A DNA stretch of 64,000 bases from Epithemia pelagica. Lineage: Eukaryota > Protista > Bacillariophyta. The notes beneath the pieces were generated by a model. It saw only the letters and a program-made list of their open reading frames with translations. It was not told where the DNA came from and did not search any database. Below are positions 1 to 10,510 of this stretch, one piece after another. The stretch spans positions 868,001-932,000 of the forward strand of contig OX337234.1 in NCBI GenBank assembly GCA_946965045.2, read 5' to 3'. The position numbers and the translations under genes were made by a program. Numbering within the stretch: the first letter of the stretch is position 1; each line of letters begins with the position of its first letter.

Positions 1-1962
1 ACGCTTGGTGACTTTCGCAAACGCCGGATGGGCGTCATCACCACGTGGCAAAGCAAGTTCCATGTTGATGTACGTGTCGTCGTACACCTCAGGAGTGAAG
101 TTAGTATCTGCCTCCTTGACCTCATCATTGGAGACTACGTCATGAAACTCAGCCGCGAAGTCGGCGTCATGTTCCAGGGGATCAAGGTCCCAGTCGTTGG
201 GCCTAGTTTTGCCTCCGTGAGGGAGGAAATGCGCAGCGTCATTAAGCTGTTGTTGGATGTTGGTGTCGAAACGAGCGAGTCGTTCTTTGATGTCGGTGGT
301 TTCCAGTTCCAAATTGGTAACACGGGAAACGGTGGTACGGGAAATCACGGTGCCTTGAGTGGTGAGCAACCAATAGGACATGAGACTACCGATCCTGTGA
401 GAGACTCCGAGCCACCGGCCAAGCTTGGTTTCACCCAACCCAGCATTGTCGTTGTACCAACAAGGGTCGTAAAAGGAGAAATCAAGGTACTCGGAGATAT
501 CAGGGGTCTCACCGGTAACGGCTTCAAGGCTGGTTCTGTCGTTGAGAGAGCCAGCTGAACTGGAAGTTCGTTGCATAATCTCACAGACCCATCTGAGCCC
601 ATAGTCCCAGAGTCGACGTGGAACGCGGCGACGATGCATGATACGAAACCAGCGTTTTCGTGCTTCGCGAATAACGCCTTCAACCTTGGACTGGTTATGT
701 CGATAGGGCTCGGCCTGTTGATGATCGATGTGATGTTTGCGGACCTGGTCCTGAAAGACCGTCCGTTTACCCGTTTGTTCTTGAGAACCATCGCTAATGA
801 TGGTATCAGGCACTCCAAAATCAGCAATAAACCGTTTGAGGGCCTCTCCGGCATCAGTTTTTCTTTCCATGGGGTACGCGACAACGAAATTGTAAGACGT
901 GGCAAATATCTGAGCGTGCCGGTTGCCGTCCAAAGTTTGATACCGACCATCCATGGTATCCGTGTAAACGATGCCGCGGACTCGCGGCCTTTCAAACATT
1001 CGATCTGCGCGGTACCGTCGCGCCAACGGGAGTATGGCGGACCGGACGACACGCTGTGTTGTCGCTTTCATTGTATTCTTGGCCTGAGCGATGCCAATGT
1101 GCCATCGCTCGCTGAGCATTGTTGCGGTCACGTCACCATGGCGATCTGTGGACTGAAAAGTCCTCTCGGATGGTATATCAAGACGTGGCAAGAACCGTCC
1201 ATCCACCTCGTCCACTTCGACAGCGCTAACAATACGATGAGCGATGTTCGAAGGGTGATACATCGTGGTATCGAGAACGTCGCTGGAGGCGATGGTTTGT
1301 ATGCTGTAATGTGGTTCTGCAACTCTTGTGACTGGGAATTGAACTGTTCTCGGATCCCAATCATGTGGTGAGGATAAGATGAGTCGAGGCAATTCCTCGA
1401 GCTCCTGTTGGGATGGCGTCCTGGATTCGAAGTATATCACAGTCCCAGCCGTTTGTAACGGGATGACAACATCCTCTGTTTCTATTTGAAGTGGTTTCTT
1501 GTCGTACGGATTGTCCTGTACGGTCACACCGTAATGTCTTGCTTGATTCTGATTGAGGAGGGTATGATCCAATCGATCACCCATCCAGAGTGCCTCATTG
1601 AACACGACAACGAACTCTTGCCCGTCGCCCTGCCTTGTCCAAACAGTGGCACCAGTGACAACGGGGACATTGGTGATTGCATCGTAGTCCTTTGAATACG
1701 GTGATACTTGGCATTCCTTGCCCGTGTATGACAATACACAACAATTTGCGCCGAGAACAATAGTGTCGGCGTGCGAATCAAGTTCAACTGTGCCATTGTG
1801 GATGCCATGATTTGGCTTGGCTTTCATACTGGAGGAAATGGTTCGGATACTGGACACGATCCTACAGATATATACTGGTCTCCCTACTCGATAATAGTCC
1901 ATAAGAAATCGACAGAGATAACTCACGATTCTTAATAAACATTCGAATAGGGAGGGCAACAG
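1..1962 (-). CDS. pol: Copia Pol (protease, integrase core; RT/RNase H lie beyond the edge)
   Basis: Manual translation; the ORF track missed it because it runs off the window. Segments read: ...VELDSHADTIVLGANC..., VYTDTMDG, IISDGSQEQ, KVEGVIREARKRW, and ELALPRGDDAHPAFAKVTKR at the edge. No stop in the segments translated. In frame with gag; first in-frame ATG at 1902. Confidence 0.9.
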   Translation of the reverse strand, partial: MLPSLFECLLRIVSYLCRFLMDYYRVGRPVYICRIVSSIRTISSSMKAKPNHGIHNGTVELDSHADTIVLGANCCVLSYTGKECQVSPYSKDYDAITNVPVVTGATVWTRQGDGQEFVVVFNEALWMGDRLDHTLLNQNQARHYGVTVQDNPYDKKPLQIETEDVVIPLQTAGTVIYFESRTPSQQELEELPRLILSSPHDWDPRTVQFPVTRVAEPHYSIQTIASSDVLDTTMYHPSNIAHRIVSAVEVDEVDGRFLPRLDIPSERTFQSTDRHGDVTATMLSERWHIGIAQAKNTMKATTQRVVRSAILPLARRYRADRMFERPRVRGIVYTDTMDGRYQTLDGNRHAQIFATSYNFVVAYPMERKTDAGEALKRFIADFGVPDTIISDGSQEQTGKRTVFQDQVRKHHIDHQQAEPYRHNQSKVEGVIREARKRWFRIMHRRRVPRRLWDYGLRWVCEIMQRTSSSAGSLNDRTSLEAVTGETPDISEYLDFSFYDPCWYNDNAGLGETKLGRWLGVSHRIGSLMSYWLLTTQGTVISRTTVSRVTNLELETTDIKERLARFDTNIQQQLNDAAHFLPHGGKTRPNDWDLDPLEHDADFAAEFHDVVSNDEVKEADTNFTPEVYDDTYINMELALPRGDDAHPAFAKVTKR

Positions 1963-3438
1963 TCAGTCCTTCTTAGACAAACGCTCACGGCGTCCTCCGA
2001 ACATGTTGCCTGCGTCATCCGGGACTTTGTTCTTGTCCGACGCATCTTCACACTCCTTGCATTCATCCTTAGAAGAAAGGGAAGCAATCTGGCGTTTCAC
2101 CTCTGACAATGAGTCAACAATGGATGACAATTCCGAGGCCTTGCGCTTGTTGTTCTTCCTGGAGCTCGCGCCGCTCTTATTTTTGCGCTTTCGTTCCTCC
2201 ATGACCTTATCCTTGTCATCGTTGGACAAGTCTTTCCAGTTCTTATAAAATCCAGTGAATATAGATCCATCTGGCATAAACACACCCTTCGTAGGGGCTT
2301 TTGACTTCTTTGCTGATAAGCCGCCACCACGGAGACGGTCAGCGCCGATTTCTGACACTTTGCGTGTCGTCTGGAACTCAGCAAGCTTGCTAACAGCTGC
2401 TGTCAAATGATTTGCAGCTTGCGTATACGTTAGCCCGTCCATATCAAAGCGGACTTCCAAGGCTTTGACGGTATCCTGTAGTTGTGAGTGTTGGACACGT
2501 TTTAACAACTCACGAATCTTCGCTCCTTCCGAGTATGCTTCCCCCTCGTCTGCATAAATGTTGAACATCTTTTGCAGACGATCGAGGAAGGAAGTAAAAG
2601 GCATCGATCGTTCGGAACGGTAGTGGAGTCCTTCCCTCATGCGGTCAGCAGTGGCAATACGTCGACTGGCATTGCCCTCACCAGCATAGTGGTCGCGAAG
2701 GGCGGCCATGTCGCGACGACCATCGGCGTGACGGGAAAGATGTTGGATCCACTGCTCGGCCGTTTCCGTAACAAGAAAGTTCTTCAGCAACTGGTGGACT
2801 TTGCGAGCATCAGCCTTGAAGAAATTGCCATTCAGCCTAGCGCAAGCCACCATCTTGGCTTGAAAATCGTTGCCAAAGTCGGTTGCGAAGTCTGGGTTCT
2901 CGTTGACACGAACGACGTATGACAAGGGAACGCCATAGACCCCAGGAATCGTGCTTAAGTAGTTGACAAAAGCAGGTTCCCAGTCTGGCCAACGTCGTTC
3001 GTCTTTAAACTTGCCTGGATCTGCGGCCTTGCTCACCGTGTCCACTTGGTCAGCCTCCACTTTACGAGTCGCGGCGCGTTCAATAGCGACCGTGAGGGCA
3101 GCCTTCATCGCGTCTGCATCGTTGATACCGTTGATAGTGGGTACTTGAGAGCATCGGTCAAAATCTTGAACCCAATGCATGACTCCCACTAACCATTTCG
3201 TCCGGCGCATTCCAAAGGTAATGCGTCCATTAGCGGCCGACCGCTTTTCGAAGCTTTCCGCCATGTCGCGCAGGTCCGTTTCAGTCACACCGATGAATCC
3301 AGAGAGATCATCGAAGCCTCCTTCATTGCAAATGGCATTTCGATGAGCGTTGTCTAGGAAGCCAATCCATTCCAGAACTTGATGGATAGGAGTCAAAGCA
3401 GGTGCGACGGGTGCAACGACTGGGGGAGCAGCGGCCAT
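1963..3438 (-). CDS. gag: Copia Gag (491 aa)
   Basis: ORF with diatom-Copia gag motifs (GVYGVPLSYVVR, ADGRRDMAALRDHYAGEG, FTSFLDRLQKMF, GSIFTGFY, C-terminal AGNMFGGR) directly upstream of pol. Confidence 0.9.
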   Translation of the reverse strand: MAAAPPVVAPVAPALTPIHQVLEWIGFLDNAHRNAICNEGGFDDLSGFIGVTETDLRDMAESFEKRSAANGRITFGMRRTKWLVGVMHWVQDFDRCSQVPTINGINDADAMKAALTVAIERAATRKVEADQVDTVSKAADPGKFKDERRWPDWEPAFVNYLSTIPGVYGVPLSYVVRVNENPDFATDFGNDFQAKMVACARLNGNFFKADARKVHQLLKNFLVTETAEQWIQHLSRHADGRRDMAALRDHYAGEGNASRRIATADRMREGLHYRSERSMPFTSFLDRLQKMFNIYADEGEAYSEGAKIRELLKRVQHSQLQDTVKALEVRFDMDGLTYTQAANHLTAAVSKLAEFQTTRKVSEIGADRLRGGGLSAKKSKAPTKGVFMPDGSIFTGFYKNWKDLSNDDKDKVMEERKRKNKSGASSRKNNKRKASELSSIVDSLSEVKRQIASLSSKDECKECEDASDKNKVPDDAGNMFGGRRERLSKKD

Positions 3439-3473
3439 CTTTTCTGTTCTTTTCTTTGAAGTTTAAGAGTTCC

Positions 3474-3818
3474 TGTTGTATAAGTAATACGAGATAATGT
3501 GGTCAGATACTGTCGCAGTGAGAATGCGCTCGATGCGGGGATGATCAGGCCCTGCCATTTTGGGGTTTTCAGGGAAACGAAACCAATCGGTTAAACACTT
3601 TCCCGACCGGACCCGAGAATCGTCTCACACGTCCTCATATGGAATTCGGTCATCTTCCGCGCTCTTTTCATACACTTAGCCATGTCTGCACTGGGTCTGA
3701 TAAACCGAAAGATATCCACAGCGGACGCTATTACTCACGGTGTAGTTCACAACGACAAGTTCAGAGCATTCAGCAGAAGAGTGAGCACCTCAAGGTGCGC
3801 TCCTCGCATAACGTTACA
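3474..3818 (-). repeat. Putative 5' LTR of the first Copia
   Basis: On the minus strand it begins TGTAAC (3818) and ends TACAACA (3474), the same terminal heptamer as the LTR of the second element. An end at 3498 is also possible. The partner LTR is outside the window. Confidence 0.55.
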
Positions 3819-4030
3819 CTAGGATACTTTATCGCTAAATACTGACTCGCCAACCTCTCATGCGCGCCAGTCGAACGCGTACAGGCGTGACCGGTACTCG
3901 CGCTACCACATTTATTCGTACTCACCCCCACGGCTCGACCTGGTCTCTCTCGACTCTGATACAAAATTCATGCAACGCACCCTCATTCATCACGGTGGTG
4001 GAGGTGCAGTGGTCCAGAACATCTTCTTTA

Positions 4031-4480
4031 ATGTCGTCTTCCTCCCACAAACGGCACCACCTCACTCAGAAGGAAGTAAGGGAGCTATTTGACGCTCGCA
4101 GTGTTTCCGAAAGGTCGACGGCGTCTGTTAACAACCAAGATGAAAGCATCGCCAAAAACCAAACCACCACCCCATCCACCAGCAACAACAATCCTTCGTC
4201 TCTGCCTCGTTTCGCTTCGTTTCCCACGGTCGATCCGCAAGCCTATGAAACCCCTATGGCGCAGAAGGATCCATTGGCCCATCCAAGTCGAACCTCCGAG
4301 GAATCCGAACCATCAACCTTTCTGAGCCTTGAAGCAGCTAGTTCCATGTCCACCATTCCATCGGATGCCTCATCTACTCGCTTCATGCGACGTCCTTCCC
4401 CCGACACCTTCTCCCAAGCCTTTCCCATTGCGGCTGTTACTGCTGGTGTTGCTCCCAATGAATTGCCGAACGATGAATAG
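4031..4480 (+). CDS. Element ORF-A (MSSSSHKRH..., S/T/P-rich, unknown function)
   Basis: The N-terminus is homologous to the ORF at 14339 in element 2 and sits at the same distance from the inner IR. Confidence 0.5.
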   Translation: MSSSSHKRHHLTQKEVRELFDARSVSERSTASVNNQDESIAKNQTTTPSTSNNNPSSLPRFASFPTVDPQAYETPMAQKDPLAHPSRTSEESEPSTFLSLEAASSMSTIPSDASSTRFMRRPSPDTFSQAFPIAAVTAGVAPNELPNDE

Positions 4481-5030
4481 CAAACAAAGCTGTTTGTATT
4501 TCCCGCAGACGGCGCTTCATGATTTGGTTCGAGACCACGGATCTCAATCTGCCATGGAATTCTTTCTCCGAGCCATGACACTCAAGGATGATCATACTAG
4601 TGCCATCACGTCCTCATCGTCCTGGACCAAAACACAGATACTACAGCATTTGTGAGATTATGGATTGTCACGTTATACCGTTTTGCGTCCCATTCGCGCC
4701 TTGTCGGCCGGTCAACATGTTCGACTGTGGTTGGCCCACAAATCGGCCGTGTCCGCCAACAATTGGCAAAACAACAAAGCCGCATGGGGATTGTCGTTGT
4801 TAGTCTTGGACGAAATTTCGGAAAATATGGACGTCGAAACGCGAGATAGTTTGATTCAACTCATTAATAAGCCTCAGTCGGAAGGTGGCACACGCCATGA
4901 CCCTGAATGTGGCTGGGGAGGTGCTGTAATTGCCGTGTCTCATGATCCTGGCTATTGTCGCGAATATCAGCCAACTCTGATATGGAGTCTTGACAGACAG
5001 GGTTTACGAGTTGAATATCCCAATGTGTAG
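4473..5030 (+). pseudogene. ABC ATPase (ABC-F-like) domain fragment inside the transposon
   Basis: Q-loop YFPQ, signature LSAGQ, Walker B/D-loop LLVLDEISENMD, H-loop VSHD. One in-frame TGA at 4653-4655; no Walker A. Confidence 0.75.
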
Positions 5031-5105
5031 GAATTAAAATACCATCATGATTTTATCTATGTAGTTGACGCTTTCTGCAGTTGACGACAAAAGCTCTGAA
5101 CAGTT

Positions 5106-5741
5106 TCATGCAGCTCCTCCTGACGACGTGGAATTCCTAGTATCGTTAGTTTTATTGGGGTTTGAGAGTTTCAAAAGGTCAGTCTCGGACAGCATGACTT
5201 CCCGAGTACGGAAACGATCCTTGGTATACCGCGTGTCCCAAGCATTGTCTGTTTCGGGGAACCAATGATACAAATGGCACTCTGACGTACTAGAGTCAGG
5301 ACAGCAGTGACAACATGAGCAGTATGGAAGGAGCATGTGGCTTTCCTCGGCATTGTTCGTACAAGGACGAACCACAAAGCGATTCATTGGAGGAAATTTT
5401 TGATTGTTGCAAAATGGCTCTAGCTGAACATTGTCGGCCCATTCATTGCCACCGTGGAGAATAAGTGTCTCTAATTGGGTTGCATTCTGCAATGACAGCA
5501 ACTTTCCTTTGAATGCGTTGTGGTAGAGTACAACAGTCTTAAGCTGCGGTGTACTTGGACGAAGATTAAATGGCAGTGGGCCCGCAATCGAGTGAAGGCC
5601 GCCCATGGGACTAATTGGTAGTTGAAAGAGGAGTGGCCGGAGGGTTTCGGTTGTGTCGAAAAAGGGATGCTTGAGGTATTTCGACAGGGTCATCTGGTTT
5701 GGCGTTTTTACTTTGTTGAAGGCTTGAATGAAGAGTGCCAT
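5106..5741 (-). CDS. ORF with a short LRR-like fragment and a Cys-rich stretch, inside the transposon
   Basis: LKTVVLYHNAFKGKLLSLQNATQLETLILHGGN fits LxxLxLxxNxFxGxL; convergent with ORF-A. Confidence 0.4.
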   Translation of the reverse strand: MALFIQAFNKVKTPNQMTLSKYLKHPFFDTTETLRPLLFQLPISPMGGLHSIAGPLPFNLRPSTPQLKTVVLYHNAFKGKLLSLQNATQLETLILHGGNEWADNVQLEPFCNNQKFPPMNRFVVRPCTNNAEESHMLLPYCSCCHCCPDSSTSECHLYHWFPETDNAWDTRYTKDRFRTREVMLSETDLLKLSNPNKTNDTRNSTSSGGAA

Positions 5742-6268
5742 GGTCGAGAGAAGGGTGGTTCTGGCAAGATTCCGCCATCATGGAAGCATCGTGGGTAGTA
5801 TCATTGTCGTTGGTGTGGCTGGGGTTGGAGGTGCGGGTAGCCATGATGGATGTAATCGTCCTCACTAGTTTGCCTCCGTGGTGGCTCTGTGGAGGTGAAA
5901 TGCAGTTTGTATCAGAGTCGAGAAATTGGCGATTTGGGGCCCTCGAGCCGTGGGGGTGACTAAGGGAATGCACTTAAAAAGTGCGACTGACCAAGTCGCC
6001 CCATGCTTGGGGGTAAGGAAAGTGGGGTCGCTTAAAGGTCGTTAAAAGATCAATATTTCAGGTCGCTTTAAGAGGTCGCTGATGAATCGCTACGAAGCCT
6101 GTCATTTCCATTCTCGATCCGTTGGCTGCACCTTTGTCGTCGTCGTTGGAATCTCGTGTTGTGGCGGCAATCTTCTCAGCTAAAAGCACTTGGAGAGAGA
6201 AGTAGAGAGAGAGAGACGACAACGACGAGACTGTGAAAGTGTGCGCGCGCAAGTGTCCCCCATCCATC

Positions 6269-8518
6269 ATGCCGCCGTCTTCTTCTTCTTCTTTGTCTCT
6301 GCCTCGTCCACCACCACCACGAACTGTGAATCATTCTCCATGGCTCGCCAGTTTGGATTTGTATCGCAAGGTTCCCGTCGATCTCTTGGAAGGTTCGCAA
6401 GAAGGCAAGGCCGTATCATGGATTGCCTTGCTGGTACTCCTGACCTTGTTTGTGTTGGAAACCAAACAATTTTTGACGCCCCAGCACGTGACGGACATTT
6501 TTTTGGACACGTCGTGGTCCACACGACCAAACCGAAATCCACAACAACAGGATGCAGTGCAATACGTTCGAGTCGATTTCAATATCACACTCTTGGATTT
6601 GTCCTGTTCCTTTGCCACGGTCAATGTCGTGTCCTTTTTGGGCACGCAACTCAATATTACCAGTCACATTCAACGAATTCCCCTCCAAGATGGACTCGAT
6701 CCCACCACGACGACGACCAGTACCAATACTCCACCCGCACTCTTGCATCGCTTTGGCTTTGCCACACGACAGACATCACAACAACAACAAGAGTCGGTCT
6801 TGTTGCACGATCCCAGTGTGACGGCCACCTTGGAGGAATTGCATGCCAATGGCAAGGATTCCGTCAGTTTCAATCCAGAAACCTTGGAGTATGCCTTGGA
6901 AGAATATGAATTTGTCTTTGTCAAGTATTTTGCCAATTGGTGCAGTCATTGTCGAGCCTTGGCACCGACCTGGGAACGTCTCGCCGAAGTCTTGCACGAT
7001 ACCGAACCCCATACACCCCTCGCCACTGTCCTCCAGGCAACGGCCACCAATTCGACCAACTCGACCACCAATGCCACTACACTCATCACCACCACCTCGG
7101 ATCCGGCGGAGGAAGATCCCGCACAATTGGAACAACAAGCCGAACATTTGCAACAGCAAGATTACAGTGACGAAGAATTGCGACAAGCCAAATTGCTCGA
7201 TTTGCCCGTTTTGATTGGAGAAGTGGATTGTGTCGAACATCAAGACTTGTGCTGGGACGAAGAGATTAGGGGATATCCCACCATGGTGTAAGTACCAAGT
7301 CTAGTAGTATCATTGTAACGAAGCACAGGATGGAAACAAGCAAGCGAACATAACGACGATTCAAAGAGATTGCGTGTTGTGAGGAAGAGTTTTAGGAGGA
7401 GGTGCTTTGGGTGTGAGCCTTTCCCTTTAGTCCATCTATACTCACGGTGCCTTTTTCTATGCTTGATTTGCTGGTGGTGTTTTTTACCATTGTCCTTCTC
7501 GTTATTCTTGGTTTGTTTGGTTGTTGCTTTCTGTGTGTCTCTGCTCTCCTCTGCCTCTAGATTGTACGTCAATGGCGAACGGTTCAAGGGCGGCGTGTAT
7601 TATGGTGACCGGACCGTGTCCAAATTGATTCAATTTCTCTTGTGGGCTGAAGAAATGACGGAACACGACGAACCGGACAAGATGCAACAACATGCCCAAG
7701 CCGCCTTGGCCAAGCATACCAACATGACAACCGCCCATGCCGAATGGTTGCAATCCATGAATCATAGCCGGGCCTTTCACAATGCTCGATTGGAATGGAA
7801 TCCTAGCGATCATCCCGCCTGTCAACTCGTCGGATCGCTCTACATGAATCGCGCACCTGGACACTTTTTTATTCAAGCCACGTCGCCGCATCACGATGTC
7901 GATCCACACAGTGCCAATCTATCCCATGTCATTCATCACTTGTCGTTTCATCCGATTTCGGCCGCCGAGGCGGCTGCCGCGGAGGATCCAAACCATGTAC
8001 CGCAACCACTCGTGTCATCCGAACCACTAAGTATCCCCGATTTTGTACCGAGCCATTATGTCAAGGCCGTTGCTCCCTTGGACGGCCATGCCTTTGTCGT
8101 GCCGGAAATTCATCAATCCTGGCACCACTATCTCAAACTGGTATCGACCAATGCCGATCGGTATCACGTCATGCCCAGCAGTCAAGTGTCCTTGTATCGC
8201 GACGATCACGTCCCCGAGGCCAAATTTGTCTTGGATATTTCCCCCATTGCCATTCAATGGAGGACGCAACACCAACCATGGTATTCCTACATTACCTCCC
8301 TCATGGCCATTTTGGGAGGAACCTTTACCGTCGTGGGCATGTTGGAATACGTCGTCTCGTCCGCCTCCCGACAGATTCGACAGTCCACGACACGACGGCC
8401 ACGACCACGACCACCGTCGGCCACGGCGGTACCGGCTCGCAGCAATCCCAAACTTTCCTACGCGACACCAGCCGCCATGAGCCAAGGCAATGGGCCTCGG
8501 CCTCGTCCACCTCAATAA
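6269..8518 (+). CDS. PDI-C / ERGIC-ERV41/46 family protein with a thioredoxin domain; 2 exons (6269-7287, 7561-8518)
   Basis: ERGIC N-terminal LDLYRKVP plus TM segment, thioredoxin WCSHC, COPII-ERV domain (CQLVGSLYMNRAPGHF, DISPI, AILGGTFTV). A GT-AG phase-2 intron at 7288-7560 joins GYPTMV-LYVNG. Confidence 0.9.
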
Positions 8519-9093
8519 TAGTCTTGCATAGAGAGGGAAATGGACGATAATGAGTTGTTGTTGTTCTTGTTGTTGTTCTTGTTGTCAATAGTTTGGCGTA
8601 GTTGTTCCTACAAAACAAAGGAGTCACATCCGTTTGTCTGAGTAAATTGCCATAGAGGACAAGGTTGGTTTCGCGCTTATGTTAATCAAATCCAGGATAG
8701 ACAGCAACCCAAATGCACGAATGATGGAAGCCTTCTTGTATTCCCTTGTCTAGTTGGTGCTGGGCCATCATTCATCTTGATCACTCATTGAGACATAATG
8801 TGGAAGGCATGTTATATTGGAGGGTTTATATTCTACAATGCCAAGAAGCTCAAACAAGCTCGAGAAGCATTGCGAATCATATCTTCTTCTAAAAAACTGG
8901 GTGTACATCGAATTATCATCAAATGAATGGATCAGGGTTTCCTCTAATGTCCAAAGCCGATACAGTGTAGTTGCCGGTGTGACCAACCATATTGTACATG
9001 CATGGAACTGTGAACGTCGACTGTTTCCAGTCCAGTCGACGACACAGAAAGGGAATCCCGGTGGAATATCCAGTTCCCCTCTGCCATCTTGAC

Positions 9094-9489
9094 TTAGCGG
9101 CGACCAATTTGACACCACGAGCGCTTTCGCAACGTTCTGGTGAGCCATGGAGATAAAGTGGTGGGCCTGTGCAACCGGCGACCAAATACACTGGATGCCC
9201 CGACAACTACCGATGACACAACGAGAACTACCGATGACACAACGAGGGCTCCCGCGATGTTGTCGAGGGCTCGCGCGATGTTGTCTGCACCTCCTTTAAT
9301 TTGATTGCCGACTTCCTTATGAGCCTCGGCAAACGAGTTCATCGACTTTGCGAATTCCTTATGAGCCTCGGCAAACGAGTTCATCGACTTTGCGATGGCG
9401 AAATGTGCCCAACTAAGTGTGCTGGAAGCTTTGGCAACCGCCCCAAACGGCCAACCCGCCTTTTTGGATTCCTTAATGCACTTGCGCAT
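9094..9489 (-). CDS. Small hypothetical coiled-coil/membrane protein with an internal 42-bp duplication
   Basis: AKSMNSFAEAHKE occurs twice (9313-9395), followed by a hydrophobic V/S-rich segment. Confidence 0.35.
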   Translation of the reverse strand: MRKCIKESKKAGWPFGAVAKASSTLSWAHFAIAKSMNSFAEAHKEFAKSMNSFAEAHKEVGNQIKGGADNIARALDNIAGALVVSSVVLVVSSVVVGASSVFGRRLHRPTTLSPWLTRTLRKRSWCQIGRR

Positions 9490-10510
9490 TTCATTCTGTA
9501 TCGATTGCAGCGAGACAAAAGCCAGGTGAGAGAAACTGGAAAAGATATGAGACCGGCGAAGCTACATTGCCGTGATTGAAGGATGGACTGAATCCGTTTC
9601 CACCTTCCACCCGCTTCATCCAGAAGATAATGACGCATGATATAACCATTTGTCTGCTTTCTTCATCAATAACATACCTCGAGATCCGTCAAGTCCAATG
9701 ATGACTCCTTCGGAGTGGTGTTGGTTTCGTTTGCACCGCTCATGTCGTTCGCTGCTGTTTGGAATTTTTGTGATAAAGAACACAAGGATCGATCGAGAGC
9801 GTCAAGAATCCAGTTTCCGAAACTAAGCTCGCCGCGCGTGAACAGCCCGCCGGTATTCGAGTCGGCCGGCCAGGGGGTCACCGGTCACATCAACAGAAAC
9901 TCGCGCTCTATCATCTATCATGGTGGCACCTTTCCAATGTGATGAAGGACGAGGCAGTGACAAGCTTCCGTAATGACCGCGGGAACAGAGCAAGAGGTAG
10001 AACAGGATTGGAGAGAGCTTCGCTGTCCTGTCATTTTTTTCTTCTTTCCCTTCGAATGTCATTGAACCGGTAATGACCAAGGTTGCCGAACTGGTCACAC
10101 CAGAAGTAACACATCGTCCACAATGACAATCCGATCCTCCTCATGAAAAAGAACTATCCCGAACGTTATGGAGGTGGCCATAGTCACTTACATGAACCAG
10201 AAGACCCCTTCGGCTTATCCTCAACGCAGGAACCGGCCACTGAGAAGAATGCGAAACGGGACATTCTTTCACCATTTTGGTCCCGTCCGAGTTCGACGAT
10301 GATGGAATCATTCAGGTAAGATTCCATACTTGTTTCAGTTGTCATGGTTCAAATCATGCCTTGCTTGCTGTCCCATGTGTTGATGTTTCGGGCATCGTTG
10401 CAGAGCATTGAATAAACTCGAAGCGACTCCCGCGCCACACAGTCGTCTCCGTTTCCTCTGTGCGGACAAACAAAGACATTGGCAAGCGTAAGGTAATGTG
10501 TGTGGTCCAA

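Larger units (their letters stand above)
1..3818 (-). mobile_element. Ty1/Copia LTR retrotransposon of diatom (CoDi-like) type; 5' part only, runs off the left edge
   Basis: Minus-strand gag (1963-3438), then in-frame pol with protease ELDSHADT and integrase D-D-E. The upstream segment starts TGTAAC at 3818 and is preceded by CCTAG. Confidence 0.92.
3921..6015. mobile_element. Non-autonomous DNA transposon, same family as 11660-14515; outer left terminus not seen
   Basis: Inner IRs CTCACCCCCACGGCTCGA (3921-3938) and TCGAGCCGTGGGGGTGAC (5943-5960); second IR pair TCTCGACTCTGATACAAA (3948-3965 / 5906-5923). The right terminus read inward, TACCCCCAAGCATGGGGCGACT (from 6015), matches the TIR of element 2. 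About 100-150 bp at each end is homologous to element 2. Confidence 0.8.

Noticed and set aside
28-1371. Plus-strand ORFs 28-558 and 571-1371, and off-frame minus-strand ORFs
   Set aside because: They are shadows of the pol frame, with no motifs of their own.
3541-3557. TGGCAGGGCCTGATCAT as a tRNA PBS for the first Copia
   Set aside because: I cannot match it to a tRNA 3' end, and the LTR boundary is unverified; no self-priming complement was found for this element either.
3920-5961. CACTA/CMC reading (CACCCCC ends, 3-bp ACT TSD) or Tc1/mariner reading (TA TSD) of element 1
   Set aside because: The sister element shows these motifs are subterminal: its true ends lie 60-65 bp further out with a 9-bp TSD, and element 1 has the matching terminus at 6015.
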